A stretch of DNA of 64,000 bases from Candidatus Omnitrophota bacterium (GTDB taxonomy: Bacteria > Omnitrophota > Omnitrophia > Omnitrophales > JACROU01), in the NCBI GenBank assembly GCA_029261035.1, contig JAJDCD010000004.1, positions 68,765 to 132,764 on the forward strand, written 5' to 3'. Position numbers and translations under genes: made by a program. Shown here piece by piece: positions 19,234-31,008 of this stretch (within the stretch, counting starts at the first letter, position 1; each line of letters opens with the position of its first letter). Under the pieces are notes generated by a model that made no database searches, was not told where the DNA came from, and saw nothing but the letters and a program-made list of their open reading frames with translations.

Positions 19234-19352
19234 ATTTTTCTAAGTTGTTCTTTTGACAAGGCATGGAACTGAAGTTGCCGCAGTCGTAGTTTTGCTACGA
19301 TGAGGAAATCTTCTGTTCCATAACGCAGTCAAAAGGATCAAATTAGGGAAAT
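19234..19352 (+). repeat. ~120-nt interrupted palindrome (REP/MITE-like) between convergent genes
   Basis: Nested stems TTCTTTTGAC/GTCAAAAGGA, ATGGAAC/GTTCCAT, GAAG/CTTC and TCGTAG/CTACGA, with internal loops AAGGC/AACGCA and GCAG/TGA. Confidence 0.7.
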
Positions 19353-19355
19353 TAA

Positions 19356-19808
19356 TTACTTCGCAAGCAATGTTTTTAATTCACTCATAAAATGATTAAT
19401 ATCTTTAAACTGCCGATACACACTTGCAAATCGAACATAAGCGACTTCATCAATGTTCGATAGTTTTTGCATAACAAACTCCCCTATCAATTGAGAAGGA
19501 ATCTCACGATCAAACTCATCATCGATGTGTTTTTCAAGGTCTGAGATAATCTGATCTTGAACTTCAGCAGAAATAGGTCTCTTTTCACATGCTTTTTGAA
19601 TTCCATTCAAGAGCTTGATGCGATCAAACTGTTCTCTGTCACCATTTTTCTTAATAACAAGTAATGGAATTTCCTCTACTCGTTCATAAGTTGTAAAACG
19701 ACGATTACATTTAACACATTCTCGTCGTCTACGAATGACTTCGCTCTCATTTACAGAACGAGAATCAATCACCTTATCATCATCATGTTTACAAAACGGA
19801 CATTTCAT
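19356..19808 (-). CDS. nrdR: Transcriptional repressor NrdR
   Basis: MKCPFC...DSR...RRRREC..C..RFTTYE; ATP cone; [11 protein letters not shown]. Confidence 0.98.
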   Translation of the reverse strand: MKCPFCKHDDDKVIDSRSVNESEVIRRRRECVKCNRRFTTYERVEEIPLLVIKKNGDREQFDRIKLLNGIQKACEKRPISAEVQDQIISDLEKHIDDEFDREIPSQLIGEFVMQKLSNIDEVAYVRFASVYRQFKDINHFMSELKTLLAK

Positions 19809-19848
19809 TATTTTTTCCTCTATTTAGTAACAATCCTATACTAGAAAT

Positions 19849-21135
19849 TTAGAATTTACTTCTTAAAGCTCCGTATAGCGGAAATTTTTCAACTAGAACA
19901 CCCACACGGTCACGAATCTTCTGTTTATCGTCATCTGTAATATTTTTATTGAGTGCTAAGTTAATTACATCTCCAATTTCTTCCATCTCAGCTTCTTTCA
20001 TTCCTCGACCTGTTACCGCAGGAGTTCCTAAACGAATTCCAGAAGCAACAAACGGAGAATTTGTATCGAAAGGGATGCAATTCTTATTTACGGTAATTCG
20101 TACTTCATCAAGTAAATTAGAAGCTTCCTTTCCTGTAAAATCTTTAGCCGTAACATCCAACAACATCAAATGGTTATCTGTTCCACCAGAAACAATTCTA
20201 AAACCACTGTCCTGCATTTTTTTAGCCAAAGCACGAGAATTCAATACAATTTGCTTTTGATAAACTTTAAATTCATCAGAAAGCGCTTCTTTTAAAGCAA
20301 CCGCTTTAGCTGCAATCACATGTTGCAACGGTCCTCCTTGAACCCCTGGGAAGATCACACTGTCTAATTTCTTCGCATACTCTTCTCTACAAAGAATCAA
20401 ACCACCCCGAGGCCCTCTTAAAGTTTTATGTGTCGTGGTTGTTACAAAGTCCGCAAAAGGAACTGGACTTGGATGTTCTCCTGTAGCAACCAAACCTGCA
20501 AAGTGAGCCATATCCACTAATAATTTTGCCCCTACTTTATCTGCAATTTCACGACTACGCTTAAAATCTATAATTCTAGAATAAGCAGAAGCACCCATAA
20601 TCAATAGCTTAGGCTTATGCTCCACAGCTAACCGTTCAATCTCATCATAATCTAGAAGTTCTGTTTCTTTGTTTACTCCGTAAGGAATAATATCAAAGTA
20701 TTTACCAGAAAAATTCATTGGATGACCATGACTTAAATGCCCACCATGAGCTAAATCCATTGCTAGAATTTTATCTCCCAACTCTAGACAAGTCATAAAA
20801 ACAGCAACATTTGCTGTTGTTCCAGAGTGAGGCTGAACATTTGCATGATCAGCACCAAATAATTTTTTAGCACGGTCTATCGCTAACTGCTCTGTCACAT
20901 CTACATTCTCACATCCCCCATACCATCTTTTTCCTGGGTAACCTTCAGCATATTTATTGGTCAATGCGGACCCTTGAGCTTCAAGAACTGCTTCAGATAC
21001 AAAGTTCTCACTCGCAATCAATTCGATATTTTCGTGTTGTCTGAAAGTTTCCTTTTTAATCATTTCATAAACTTCTGGATCTTGTTTTTTTAGGTTAGGA
21101 TATAACCCATCTTGTGTTTGTGTCATTGTGCTCAT
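19849..21135 (-). CDS. glyA: Serine hydroxymethyltransferase
   Basis: [27 protein letters not shown]. Confidence 0.98.
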   Translation of the reverse strand: MSTMTQTQDGLYPNLKKQDPEVYEMIKKETFRQHENIELIASENFVSEAVLEAQGSALTNKYAEGYPGKRWYGGCENVDVTEQLAIDRAKKLFGADHANVQPHSGTTANVAVFMTCLELGDKILAMDLAHGGHLSHGHPMNFSGKYFDIIPYGVNKETELLDYDEIERLAVEHKPKLLIMGASAYSRIIDFKRSREIADKVGAKLLVDMAHFAGLVATGEHPSPVPFADFVTTTTHKTLRGPRGGLILCREEYAKKLDSVIFPGVQGGPLQHVIAAKAVALKEALSDEFKVYQKQIVLNSRALAKKMQDSGFRIVSGGTDNHLMLLDVTAKDFTGKEASNLLDEVRITVNKNCIPFDTNSPFVASGIRLGTPAVTGRGMKEAEMEEIGDVINLALNKNITDDDKQKIRDRVGVLVEKFPLYGALRSKF

Positions 21136-21581
21136 CACTTCCCCTCATATTTGGTTATTTTATTAATTCGTTTTTCATGTCTTCCACCTTCAAAAGCTGT
21201 TTTTAACCATGTTTCTATAATCAGTTTTGAATCTTTTTTAGCAACAAACATAGATCCTAAAACTAGGACATTCGCATTGGTATGCAAACGAGAAAGTTTT
21301 GCCATCTTTTTATTTAAACATAAAGCAGCTCTAACTCCCTTAACCTTATTTGCTGTCACGGCCATACCAATCCCGGATTTACAAATTAATATTCCTTTTC
21401 TATCTTTCTCTTTTCCTACTTTTTTCGCTAGCTTCAAAGCATAGTCTGTGTAATCGACTGAACTTTCAGAGTGAGTCCCAAGGTCTTTCACAGGCACATT
21501 CATTTTAGTCAGTATTTGAACAATATGTTGTTTTAACTTCACACCGCCATGGTCCGAAGCAATTAGTATTTCAGAACCCAT
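21135..21581 (-). CDS. rpiB: Ribose-5-phosphate isomerase B
   Basis: ASDHGG, SVDY, CKSGIG, FEGGRH. Confidence 0.93.
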   Translation of the reverse strand: MGSEILIASDHGGVKLKQHIVQILTKMNVPVKDLGTHSESSVDYTDYALKLAKKVGKEKDRKGILICKSGIGMAVTANKVKGVRAALCLNKKMAKLSRLHTNANVLVLGSMFVAKKDSKLIIETWLKTAFEGGRHEKRINKITKYEGK

Positions 21582-22633
21582 TCCATCTCCTTTTTGCATT
21601 TTTCATCAATCTCTTGGAACACCTTCGCATAACTAGCAACACTTAATCCAAGAGGATCTCCGATTTCCAAAACTTTAATTCTGTTCTCAACTTCTGGAAT
21701 CAATTCCACAATATAATTCTTATGCTGCTCTGTCATGACAAAGATATAATCCGATTCTAAAATCAACTCTGCACTTAATGTTCTTGATCTCTGATGAGAA
21801 ATATCAATGCCGGCTTTATTACACACCTGTATTGATTCTTCCGCCGGTGGAATCCCCGTAAATGCAGATGTGCCGCAGGACGTCACAATGTATTTATCAG
21901 ACAGACCCTGTTTTTCTAAAGCGTTACGCATCCAACCTTCACCCATAGGACTTCGACACGTATTCCCTGTGCAAACAAATAAAACCTGCTTTTTTAATGT
22001 CCTATTATTTTCAAATTCTTTCAAAGCTTCTTTTACCTTTTGAGCATTAGTCCCTTCTCTAATAATTTGAGCGGGCCATCCAGTTAAATCAATAATGGTG
22101 GAAGCCTCTTTTAAATCAGTCTTCCCTCCATCAATATAAAGCGCCACTTTATCTTCAAAAGCAGCTTTTGCTTCTTCTGCAGAATTTGCAGGTATTTCAC
22201 TACTCTTATTTGCACTTGTTGCTAAAACAGGTTCCCCCACATACTCTATGAGCTTTCTTGCAATTTTATGACTCGGAAATCGGTAACCTATAATTTCCCC
22301 ATTCACATGCTTAACAATTAACGTTATGGGACCAGGGAAAAAACGGTGTACTAAAAACCGAATTAAATAAGAAAAATATATATTTTCTAAGTCCAAAAAA
22401 CGCAAACTCGAAATATGATAAGTAAGAGGTTTGTGCTCCTCCCGACCTTTTAAATCATATATTTTCGATACCGACTTCTTCTGCGAAAGAGCAACTCCTA
22501 CACCGTAAACTGTTTCTGTAGGAAAAACAACTATCTTACCTTTTTTTAAAAGATCAGCTGCTTTTTTAATTTTTTCTAAGTCTATATCCTCAGGGTCAAT
22601 TTTAAAAATCTCAGAAGACACTATTTTAGTCAT
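21563..22633 (-). CDS. Fusion of TsaC/Sua5 threonylcarbamoyl-AMP synthase and LMW phosphatase (YwlE-like)
   Basis: FPTETVYG, KGR, TSANKS, ASTIID, then VLFVCTGNTCRSPM and DP. Confidence 0.9.
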   Translation of the reverse strand: MTKIVSSEIFKIDPEDIDLEKIKKAADLLKKGKIVVFPTETVYGVGVALSQKKSVSKIYDLKGREEHKPLTYHISSLRFLDLENIYFSYLIRFLVHRFFPGPITLIVKHVNGEIIGYRFPSHKIARKLIEYVGEPVLATSANKSSEIPANSAEEAKAAFEDKVALYIDGGKTDLKEASTIIDLTGWPAQIIREGTNAQKVKEALKEFENNRTLKKQVLFVCTGNTCRSPMGEGWMRNALEKQGLSDKYIVTSCGTSAFTGIPPAEESIQVCNKAGIDISHQRSRTLSAELILESDYIFVMTEQHKNYIVELIPEVENRIKVLEIGDPLGLSVASYAKVFQEIDEKCKKEMEWVLKY

Positions 22634-22652
22634 AAGTGAAGAACCTAATAAA

Positions 22653-23162
22653 CTACAAAGAAACTTCTTTTAATTTACTTTGTAACTTTTTATTCTTAGC
22701 ATCAATTTTAGATTCAAATTGAGCTCTATAATTTTTTAGTTTGGTTTCAATTTTTTTATTTGAAAGCGCTAAAATCTGACACGCCAAAAGCGCTGAATTA
22801 AGAGCTCCTGGTTTCCCAATCGCTACAGTTGCTACCGGCATTCCTCCAGGCATTTGAACTGTAGATAACAATGAGTCAAGACCTCCCAAGTTTTGAGTTT
22901 CAATTGGAACGCCAATAACCGGAAGAGTCGTGTGAGCGGCACAAACTCCTGCCAAATGAGCTGCTCCACCTGCTGCAGCAATAATCACTTTCGTCCCCAT
23001 CTTTTTAAGGCCTGCCAAATACTTAACCAAGGTCTTAGGCGTTCTATGCGCAGACAAAACTCTCACATCGTAAGTAACTCCAAAATCTTTTAAGGTACTT
23101 ATCGCAGGTTTCAACTGTTCTAAATCAGAATCACTTCCCATTAAAATAACAACTTGTTTCAT
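22653..23162 (-). CDS. purE: N5-CAIR mutase / AIR carboxylase
   Basis: MGSDSD, SAHRTP, AGGAAHLAG, QMPGG. Confidence 0.97.
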   Translation of the reverse strand: MKQVVILMGSDSDLEQLKPAISTLKDFGVTYDVRVLSAHRTPKTLVKYLAGLKKMGTKVIIAAAGGAAHLAGVCAAHTTLPVIGVPIETQNLGGLDSLLSTVQMPGGMPVATVAIGKPGALNSALLACQILALSNKKIETKLKNYRAQFESKIDAKNKKLQSKLKEVSL

Positions 23163-23191
23163 TAGAGACTCCTTTTTTCCTTTAAAATTAC

Positions 23192-24469
23192 TCAGCTGAC
23201 CGTTTTTAAAATTTGATATCCAATATCCGTTCTAAATTGCATTCCCTCAAAAGAAATAGCTTTAATTGCTTCATAAGCATTTTCTCTTGCGTCTAATAAA
23301 GTTTCTCCTAAAGCCGTAACCCCTAGAACACGCCCTCCAGAAGTAACAACCTCTCCAGCATCATTCATCGCTGTTCCTGCATGAAAGACAGTCACGTTCT
23401 CATTATCCGCTTCTTTCAACCCTGAAATAGGAATTCCTTTTTTATATTCTCCTGGGTATCCTCCAGCGGCCAAAACAACCGTCATAGAAGCTCTATGATC
23501 CCACTCCAACTGAGTCTTTGAAAGGTCCCCTTTTGCAGAAGCCATGAGAACGTCTAGCAAATCATTTTTAAGTCTAAATAACACCGACTGAGCTTCTGGA
23601 TCTCCAAAACGAACGTTGAATTCCAAAACCTTTGGCCCTTGCTCTGTTAACATAAGCCCTCCATACAAAAGTCCTTTAAAGGGAATTCCTTCTTCTTTTA
23701 ATCCTTGTACCACTGGTTTCATTGTTTTCTCAACAAGACTCTGAATGTCTTTTTCTAAAACAAAAGGATATGGAGAATAAGCTCCCATACCACCCGTATT
23801 CGGTCCTAGATCTCCATCTAAAGCTCGTTTATGGTCTTGAGAGCTAGCAAGAGGGATAACCCTTTCCCCATCCGTCAAACCCAAAATAGAAATTTCTGGC
23901 CCCGTTAAACACTCCTCAATTAAAACTTTTTGCCCCGCATCTCCGAAAATTTTATTTTTAAATATTTCATCCAAAACTTTCACAGACTCCTCTGCCGAAG
24001 ACAAAACAAAAACTCCTTTTCCAGCACATAAACCATCCGCTTTAATAACCAAAGGATAATCTGCGTTTACAACATAAGCTTTGGCCTTGTCTAAATCTGT
24101 AAAAACCTCAAAATCTGCAGTCGGCACATGATATTTTTTCATTACTTCTTTTGAAAAAATCTTAGACCCTTCTAGCTGAGCCCCTGCTTTACTTGGACCA
24201 AAAACGGCAAAACCTTGTTCATTAAAGGCATCCACAATCCCATCGACAAGTGGCGCTTCTGGACCTACAACAGTTAGCTCAATATTTTTTTCTTTGGCGA
24301 AAGAAAGTAAAAAATCAAAATCGTGAATATCTCCAGGGACACATTCTGCAAGCCCCTGCATACCTGCATTTCCCGGTATCGCATAAATTTGTTTTACTTT
24401 TGAGCTTTGATTTAACTTCCACACCAATGCATGCTCTCGCCCACCTGAACCAATAACTAAAACATTCAT
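23192..24469 (-). CDS. purD: Phosphoribosylamine-glycine ligase
   Basis: GSGGREHAL, GPNTGGMG, EFNVRFGDPE. Confidence 0.98.
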   Translation of the reverse strand: MNVLVIGSGGREHALVWKLNQSSKVKQIYAIPGNAGMQGLAECVPGDIHDFDFLLSFAKEKNIELTVVGPEAPLVDGIVDAFNEQGFAVFGPSKAGAQLEGSKIFSKEVMKKYHVPTADFEVFTDLDKAKAYVVNADYPLVIKADGLCAGKGVFVLSSAEESVKVLDEIFKNKIFGDAGQKVLIEECLTGPEISILGLTDGERVIPLASSQDHKRALDGDLGPNTGGMGAYSPYPFVLEKDIQSLVEKTMKPVVQGLKEEGIPFKGLLYGGLMLTEQGPKVLEFNVRFGDPEAQSVLFRLKNDLLDVLMASAKGDLSKTQLEWDHRASMTVVLAAGGYPGEYKKGIPISGLKEADNENVTVFHAGTAMNDAGEVVTSGGRVLGVTALGETLLDARENAYEAIKAISFEGMQFRTDIGYQILKTVS

Positions 24470-24487
24470 ACAAACTCCTTTTTTCAA

Positions 24488-25489
24488 TTAAGCTTTGCCT
24501 AACTGAACACCTTTTCCTTTTACAATAGCCCCAACATCGAAAGCTGCTATTTTTTGCTTCTTAAAAAATGAAAGCGCTTTTGATTTTTCTTTTTCTGAAA
24601 CAACCAAAACCATTCCTATACCCATATTAAACGTTCGATGCATCTCAAAATCATCCAAACTTGCTCTCTTTTGAATTTCGTTAAAAATGGTTGGCACTTT
24701 CCAAGAACCCAACTTAACCTTTGCACCGACACCCGCTTTTAAAACACGAGGAATATTATCAATAAAACCACCGCCCGTTATGTGCGCCATTGCTTTAATC
24801 TTAAATTTATCTAAGGCTTTCAATAAGGGCAACACATAAATTTGAGTCGGTTTTAAAACTTGCTTGCCCCAGGAGCCTGATAATTCCTTTTTTGAAAATA
24901 CTTTTCTAATTAAAGAAAATCCATTACTATGAGGCCCTGTCGAAGCAAGTCCAATCAGCGCATCTCCAGCTTTTACTGATTTGCCTGTAATCACTTTTTT
25001 ACGATCAACCATCCCCACAGAAAATCCTGCTAAGTCATATTTTCCGTCCGTATAAATCCCTGGCATTTCTGCCGTCTCACCACCCACTAAAGCACATCCT
25101 GCTTGCTTGCAGCCTGTGGCAATACCTTTAATTACTTGCTTCGCTTGAATCAGATCTAATTTTCCTACAGCAAAGTAATCTAGAAAAAATATAGGTTTAG
25201 CTCCAGTTACGATAATGTCATTTACGCACATCGCAACAAGATCTATTCCAATCGTATCGTGCTTATTTTGAAATTTAGCTACTTCTAGCTTTGTTCCCAC
25301 ACCATCAGTAGAAGATACAAGCAAAGGGTTTTTAATATTTTGTAATGATGGGTCAAAGAAAGCAGCAAACCCTCCCAAAGAAGAGGTCACACCCTTGATT
25401 CGTGTAGATTTAGACAAAGGCTTGATGTGCTGAACTAACTGATTTCCCTTATCAATATCAACGCCACTTTTTTTATACGTAATTGCCAT
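24488..25489 (-). CDS. purM: AIR synthetase
   Basis: TDGVGTK, GGETAEMPG, HITGGG, TFNMGIG. Confidence 0.98.
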   Translation of the reverse strand: MAITYKKSGVDIDKGNQLVQHIKPLSKSTRIKGVTSSLGGFAAFFDPSLQNIKNPLLVSSTDGVGTKLEVAKFQNKHDTIGIDLVAMCVNDIIVTGAKPIFFLDYFAVGKLDLIQAKQVIKGIATGCKQAGCALVGGETAEMPGIYTDGKYDLAGFSVGMVDRKKVITGKSVKAGDALIGLASTGPHSNGFSLIRKVFSKKELSGSWGKQVLKPTQIYVLPLLKALDKFKIKAMAHITGGGFIDNIPRVLKAGVGAKVKLGSWKVPTIFNEIQKRASLDDFEMHRTFNMGIGMVLVVSEKEKSKALSFFKKQKIAAFDVGAIVKGKGVQLGKA

Positions 25490-25517
25490 AAAAACCTCTA
25501 AAACTAATTTTCATTAA

Positions 25518-26960
25518 TTAAAACTGGCGACCTTTTTCCATGCCAAACTTATCCATTTCATCAATCACTGGACATGGATATGTTTTACTCCAACATGCTG
25601 TACAGTAATCTTGATCTGTGCCCTCAGCTGCCTCTAACATTCCTTCAATACTTAGATATCCAATGGAATCTACATCTAAAAATTTTTTAATTTCTTCCAT
25701 ATTGTGTCGAGAAGCTAACAATTCTTTTGGATCCGGAAAATCAATCCCGTAATAACAAGGAGAAACATGTGGAGGACAACTAATTCTCATATGAACTTCC
25801 TTAGCCCCTGCCTCTCTTAAAGTTCTAACCCTGCTTCGTGCCGTGTTTCCACGCACAATAGAGTCATCAATCACAATCACTCTTTTTCCCTCAACAACTT
25901 CTTTAACTGGATTGAGTTTAACTTTAATTTTAAACTCTCTTTGCGTTGCTGTTGGACTAATAAAGGTACGTCCAATATAGTGATTCCTGGTGAAACCGTT
26001 ATGAAATGGAATTCCAGATTCTAAGGCATAGCCCACAGCAGCAAAATTTCCAGAGTCTGGAACAGGAGTAACCAAATCCGCTTCAACAGGATGTTCTTTT
26101 GCCAATTGTCTTCCCAAATTTTCTCTTACAATTCCAACCGTCTTACCAAACACCTTTGAGTCTGGTCTTGAAAAATAAACGTGCTCAAAAATACAATGCG
26201 CTTTACGAGTCGGGTTATCTTTTAAAGGAAACAAACTCTTAATCCCTGTTTTGTCGATAATAACAATCTCGCCAGGCTCTACATCTCTAACATAAGTAGC
26301 TCCGATTAAATCAAACGCACAGGTTTCAGAAGCTATAAAATAAGAATCATTTAATTTCCCAATACACAAAGGGCGAAACCCATAAGAATCTCTCGCTCCA
26401 ATCAAACTATCTTCCGTTAAAATCACAATTGAAAAAGCACCTTTAATTTTTTGAAAAGCTCCTTCTAAAGCTTCTTCCCTAGTACGATAACTTGGCTTAG
26501 CCATTAAATGAATAATAATTTCCGAATCTGAAGTACTTCCAAAAATAGAACCGTAAGCTTCCAACTCATCGCGAAGCAAACGAGCATTTACCAGGTTTCC
26601 GTTATGTGCAATTGAAATTTTTCCACGAGAGTAATCAACCATATAAGGTTGAGCATTCTTAATTGTAGAGGACCCTGAAGTAGAATACCGCACATGCCCA
26701 ATAGAGGCACTTCCCTTTAAAGCAGCTAAACGGCTTGGGTTAAAAACATCATTGACCAAACCAACATTCTTATGAAGATACAAAGTCTCTCCATCAGAAG
26801 AGCAAATGCCTGCAGCCTCTTCTCCCCTATGTTGAAGAGAAAACAAACCAAGATAAGTCAATTGAGCAGCCTCTTCGTGACCAAAAACACCAAAAACACC
26901 ACATTCATCTTTTAACTTATCTTCATTTGGATCTATCATAGAATTATGCTCATCTGTCAT
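25518..26960 (-). CDS. purF: Amidophosphoribosyltransferase with propeptide
   Basis: DECGVFG, LQHRG, DDSIVRG, CxxC Fe-S ligands. Confidence 0.98.
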   Translation of the reverse strand: MTDEHNSMIDPNEDKLKDECGVFGVFGHEEAAQLTYLGLFSLQHRGEEAAGICSSDGETLYLHKNVGLVNDVFNPSRLAALKGSASIGHVRYSTSGSSTIKNAQPYMVDYSRGKISIAHNGNLVNARLLRDELEAYGSIFGSTSDSEIIIHLMAKPSYRTREEALEGAFQKIKGAFSIVILTEDSLIGARDSYGFRPLCIGKLNDSYFIASETCAFDLIGATYVRDVEPGEIVIIDKTGIKSLFPLKDNPTRKAHCIFEHVYFSRPDSKVFGKTVGIVRENLGRQLAKEHPVEADLVTPVPDSGNFAAVGYALESGIPFHNGFTRNHYIGRTFISPTATQREFKIKVKLNPVKEVVEGKRVIVIDDSIVRGNTARSRVRTLREAGAKEVHMRISCPPHVSPCYYGIDFPDPKELLASRHNMEEIKKFLDVDSIGYLSIEGMLEAAEGTDQDYCTACWSKTYPCPVIDEMDKFGMEKGRQF

Positions 26961-26973
26961 GGTTTATGTCCGC

Positions 26974-29241
26974 CTAAGATTGTGTTTCCATTCTTCTTGG
27001 AATCGCTTGTCTAAAAATTTGTTCCAACTCACTGACAGGAAGATCTATCAATTTATCCATTTGAACTCTATTCCCTTCAACAACACCCACCTTTTGAAAG
27101 GGTACTTTTGTTTCCTTTAAAACAACTTCTAACGCTTCCACATTCTCAGGATCACAGCTCGCAATAACCCGCGATTGAGATTCTCCGAAAAGTAACGCGT
27201 CTTTTCTCACTTCCCCTTCATTAAAGACACCTAATGAATCCAATTTAGCGCCTAAGCTTTTACCCGATTCCGAAAAGCAACATTCCGTAAGAGCAACAGC
27301 AAATCCACCATCCGAAAGATCATGACAAGAACGGAGTAATTTTTTTTGCTGCGATTGATGAATCGCTTTATAAAGTTGTTTTTCTTTTTCCAAATCAAGC
27401 TTTGGAGGCAATCCAGCACGAACACCCTGAACTTCGGCAAGATACTGTGATCCTCCAATTTCATTAAAAGTTTCACCCATCAAATAAATAACATCTCCTT
27501 GTTCCTGAAAAGCAGAAGGAGTTCTAAGCTCAATATCTGGAAGAACACCTACCAAACCAATGGTTGGCGTTGGGTAAATTGCACCTGAAGGGTTCTCGTT
27601 ATAAAGACTTACATTCCCACCTGTGATCGGAACATCAAAGGCATTACAAGCATCTTTAATTCCGTCAATTGCTTGGTGAAATTGCCAGAAAATTTCAGGT
27701 TTCATTGGATTACCAAAATTCAAACAATCTGTAACTCCAATAGGATGCCCTCCAACACAAACCACATTACGAGCCGCTTCGCTCACAGCAATTTTTGCTC
27801 CTTCGTACGGATCCAAGTAACAATACAAACCATTACAATCTGTCGAAACAGCTAAACCCCGATTAGTCCCTTTAATACGAACGAGCGCAGCATCATGCCC
27901 TGGAATATAAACAGAGTCCGTTCGAACCATGTGGTCGTATTGCTCATAAATCCAAGATTTCGATGCAATAGAAGGAACATCCATTAGTTTTTTTAACGTT
28001 TCATTAAAGTCCGTTGGTTCCTTAACAGTATTAATATCAAATGCACGTGTTTCTTTTAAGTACTCAGGTTCTTTTTCTTCTCTAATATAAATAGGTCCGT
28101 CATCGGCCAATGCTTTAGCAGGAATTTCCGCAACTAGTTTTTCTCCTTCGAATACGCGCATCATATGACCTTCGCATACTTCCCCAATATTAACTGCATG
28201 CAAATCCCACTTTTCAAAAATTGCCTCTACTTCTTTTTCTTTCCCTTTTTTACCAATAATAAGCATACGTTCTTGAGACTCAGACAACATAGTCTCATAA
28301 GGAATCATTCCCGTTTCTCTCATAGGCACTTTATTTAAATCAATCTGAACTCCAGAATTCCCGCGACTCGCTGTCTCACAAGTAGAACAGGTAAGGCCGG
28401 CAGCACCCATATCCTGAATTCCAACAATCTCTCCAGATTTAATTACCTCAAGACAAGCCTCCAATAATAATTTCTCTTTAAATGGATCTCCAACCTGAAC
28501 TGCTGGCCTATCTTCAGTGGACTCTTCTGTTAACTCTTTTGAAGCAAAAGCGGCGCCTCCCAAACCATCTCTTCCTGTCGTAGCTCCGACATAAAAAATA
28601 GGATTTCCAACTCCTGTAGCAGCTCCCTTAGACAACTCTTCATGCTTTAAAAGCCCCATACTCATTACATTAACCAAAGGATTACCACTATAAGATTCAT
28701 CAAAGTAAATCTCCCCACCTACGGTAGGAATACCAATACAATTTCCATAATGAGCCACACCCGCCACGACACCCTTAAGTAAATGCTTCGCTTCTTTTGT
28801 ATCTAAACTACCAAAACGAAGAGAGTTCATATTCATAATAGGGCGCGCACCCATAGTAAATATATCTCTTAAAATCCCGCCCAAACCTGTAGCAGCACCT
28901 TGGAAAGGCTCTATCGCTGATGGGTGATTGTGACTTTCAATTTTAAAAACGACAGCATATCCATCCCCGATGTCCAAACAACCTGCATTTTCCTCGCCCG
29001 CTTTTACCATAACTTTAGGTCCACTCGTCGGCAATGTCTTTAAAAGAGGTTTGGAATTTTTGTAGCTGCAATGTTCAGACCACATCACACTAAAAATACC
29101 CAGCTCTGTAAAGTTAGGCTCTCTTCCTAATATTTCTTTAATTCGAGAATATTCCTCAGGTGTAATTCCGTGATCAGCAATCACTTCCGGTGTTATCTCT
29201 GGCTCTTGTTTTCTTTGCGTTTGTTCTGTCATAGTATTCAT
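26974..29241 (-). CDS. purL: FGAM synthase subunit PurL (small type)
   Basis: [27 protein letters not shown]; start moved to ATG 29241. Confidence 0.97.
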   Translation of the reverse strand: MNTMTEQTQRKQEPEITPEVIADHGITPEEYSRIKEILGREPNFTELGIFSVMWSEHCSYKNSKPLLKTLPTSGPKVMVKAGEENAGCLDIGDGYAVVFKIESHNHPSAIEPFQGAATGLGGILRDIFTMGARPIMNMNSLRFGSLDTKEAKHLLKGVVAGVAHYGNCIGIPTVGGEIYFDESYSGNPLVNVMSMGLLKHEELSKGAATGVGNPIFYVGATTGRDGLGGAAFASKELTEESTEDRPAVQVGDPFKEKLLLEACLEVIKSGEIVGIQDMGAAGLTCSTCETASRGNSGVQIDLNKVPMRETGMIPYETMLSESQERMLIIGKKGKEKEVEAIFEKWDLHAVNIGEVCEGHMMRVFEGEKLVAEIPAKALADDGPIYIREEKEPEYLKETRAFDINTVKEPTDFNETLKKLMDVPSIASKSWIYEQYDHMVRTDSVYIPGHDAALVRIKGTNRGLAVSTDCNGLYCYLDPYEGAKIAVSEAARNVVCVGGHPIGVTDCLNFGNPMKPEIFWQFHQAIDGIKDACNAFDVPITGGNVSLYNENPSGAIYPTPTIGLVGVLPDIELRTPSAFQEQGDVIYLMGETFNEIGGSQYLAEVQGVRAGLPPKLDLEKEKQLYKAIHQSQQKKLLRSCHDLSDGGFAVALTECCFSESGKSLGAKLDSLGVFNEGEVRKDALLFGESQSRVIASCDPENVEALEVVLKETKVPFQKVGVVEGNRVQMDKLIDLPVSELEQIFRQAIPRRMETQS

Positions 29242-29263
29242 AATTTCCCTTTGTGAGTTCAAC

Positions 29264-29944
29264 TTAAACCAAAACGGATTCCCAAATACACTTCCCATCT
29301 ACGCCACCCAAGATTTCTTCTGAAACTCTTTCAGGATGAGGCATCATTCCTAATATATTTCCTTTATCATTTATAATCCCTGCAATACTCTCTCTACTTC
29401 CATTCGGATTAAAACAATCCGCTTCTTCCCCTGTCTCGGACACGTATTTAAAAATAATCTTATTCTCATCTTTTAATTTCTGAATCGTATCATCATCTGC
29501 AGTATAGTTCCCCTCCCCATGGGCAATAGGAATCTGAATCAACTGGCCTGAGTTCATTTTATTCGTAAATGCCGTATCATTATTTTCGCAACGAAGCCAA
29601 ACAGGTTTACAGATAAATTTCATGGAACGGTTAGGCAACATTGCCCCTGGCAACAAACCAGACTCTAATAAAATTTGAAATCCATTACAAATCCCAATGA
29701 CTTTCCCACCTTTTTTAGCATACGAGATCACTTCATTCATAATGGGAGAAAACCGAGCAATAGCACCTGTCCTTAAATAATCTCCATAACTAAAACCACC
29801 AGGCAATACAACCAAATCTGTTTTATTCAATTGGGTCTCTTTATGCCATACAAACTCTGTATCCATACCCATAACGCTACTTAAAACATTAAAACAATCC
29901 GTATCACAATTTGAACCTGGAAATACAACAACAGAAGCTTTCAT
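29264..29944 (-). CDS. purQ: FGAM synthase glutaminase subunit
   Basis: FPGSNC, GGFSYGD, GICNGFQ, MMPHPER. Confidence 0.98.
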   Translation of the reverse strand: MKASVVVFPGSNCDTDCFNVLSSVMGMDTEFVWHKETQLNKTDLVVLPGGFSYGDYLRTGAIARFSPIMNEVISYAKKGGKVIGICNGFQILLESGLLPGAMLPNRSMKFICKPVWLRCENNDTAFTNKMNSGQLIQIPIAHGEGNYTADDDTIQKLKDENKIIFKYVSETGEEADCFNPNGSRESIAGIINDKGNILGMMPHPERVSEEILGGVDGKCIWESVLV

Positions 29945-29985
29945 AATTATATCCTCTAAAGATTTAGTAGTTATCCATCTGAAAT

Positions 29986-30243
29986 CTAAGCTATTTTTTC
30001 TAGCTCTACGGTGTAATCCTCAATCACAGGGTTAATTAACAACTTATCGCACATCGCATCAATTTGTATTTTCGCATCCGCTTCATCTTTCGCTTTCAGC
30101 CTCACTTCAAAAAACTTTCCGACACGAAGACTCTCTGTTTGATCAAAACCCATAGAGTGCAACGACTCCAACACCGTTTGACCTTGCGGATCTAAAACTG
30201 ATTTTCTTAAAGTAACATTTAACTTTGCATTAAAATTTTCCAT
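29986..30243 (-). CDS. purS: FGAM synthase subunit PurS
   Basis: [19 protein letters not shown]. Confidence 0.95.
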   Translation of the reverse strand: MENFNAKLNVTLRKSVLDPQGQTVLESLHSMGFDQTESLRVGKFFEVRLKAKDEADAKIQIDAMCDKLLINPVIEDYTVELEKIA

Positions 30244-30276
30244 GTTAATTTCCTTTATATTGGGCCTAGATTTTCT

Positions 30277-30987
30277 TTAGGACTCTTGTGTAATTCGAGA
30301 TAACATTTCTTGATAAGCATCTTCCACATCACCTAAATCCTGTCTAAAACGGTCTTTGTCTAATTTTTTCCCAGTTCCCTTCTCCCAAAAACGACACGTA
30401 TCTGGAGATATTTCATCCGCTAAAATAATTGTATCTTTGTACCGCCCAAACTCTAACTTGTAATCAACCAAGTCAATATTAAGACCCTCAAAAAACTTTT
30501 TTAATAACTGGTTAATTTTCAAAGCATAATCTTTGATTATTGCCATTTCTTCATCGGTAGCCAGACCTAATACTTTGGCATGGTCTTCGTTAATCAAGGG
30601 GTCATCCAACTTATCTTCTTTATAGTGAATTTCGTAAACAGGTTCTTTTAGACGAACACCTTCTTCAACGCCTATAGTCCTACATATTCCACCTGCCGTA
30701 ATATTACGGACCGTTACTTCCAACATAACAATTTCCACTTTTTTAATAAGCATATCTCGATCCGACAACAACTTTTCAAAATGAGTCGGAACTCCCTCTT
30801 TCTCTAACATCTGAAAAAGCACGGAAGAAATCTTGTTATTCACAACACCCTTGCCAACAATCTCTCCCTTTTTCTTCGCATTAAATGCTGTAGCATCATC
30901 TTTAAATTCTTGAACATACAAGTCGGGATCGGAAGTAGAATAAACCCTCTTCGCTTTTCCCTCATACAACAATTCACCCTTATCCAT
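30277..30987 (-). CDS. purC: SAICAR synthetase
   Basis: LYEGKAK, DYKLEFG, ADEISPD, LDKDRFR. Confidence 0.98.
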   Translation of the reverse strand: MDKGELLYEGKAKRVYSTSDPDLYVQEFKDDATAFNAKKKGEIVGKGVVNNKISSVLFQMLEKEGVPTHFEKLLSDRDMLIKKVEIVMLEVTVRNITAGGICRTIGVEEGVRLKEPVYEIHYKEDKLDDPLINEDHAKVLGLATDEEMAIIKDYALKINQLLKKFFEGLNIDLVDYKLEFGRYKDTIILADEISPDTCRFWEKGTGKKLDKDRFRQDLGDVEDAYQEMLSRITQES

Positions 30988-31008
30988 AAAGAACCTCTTT
31001 CTAATGAT

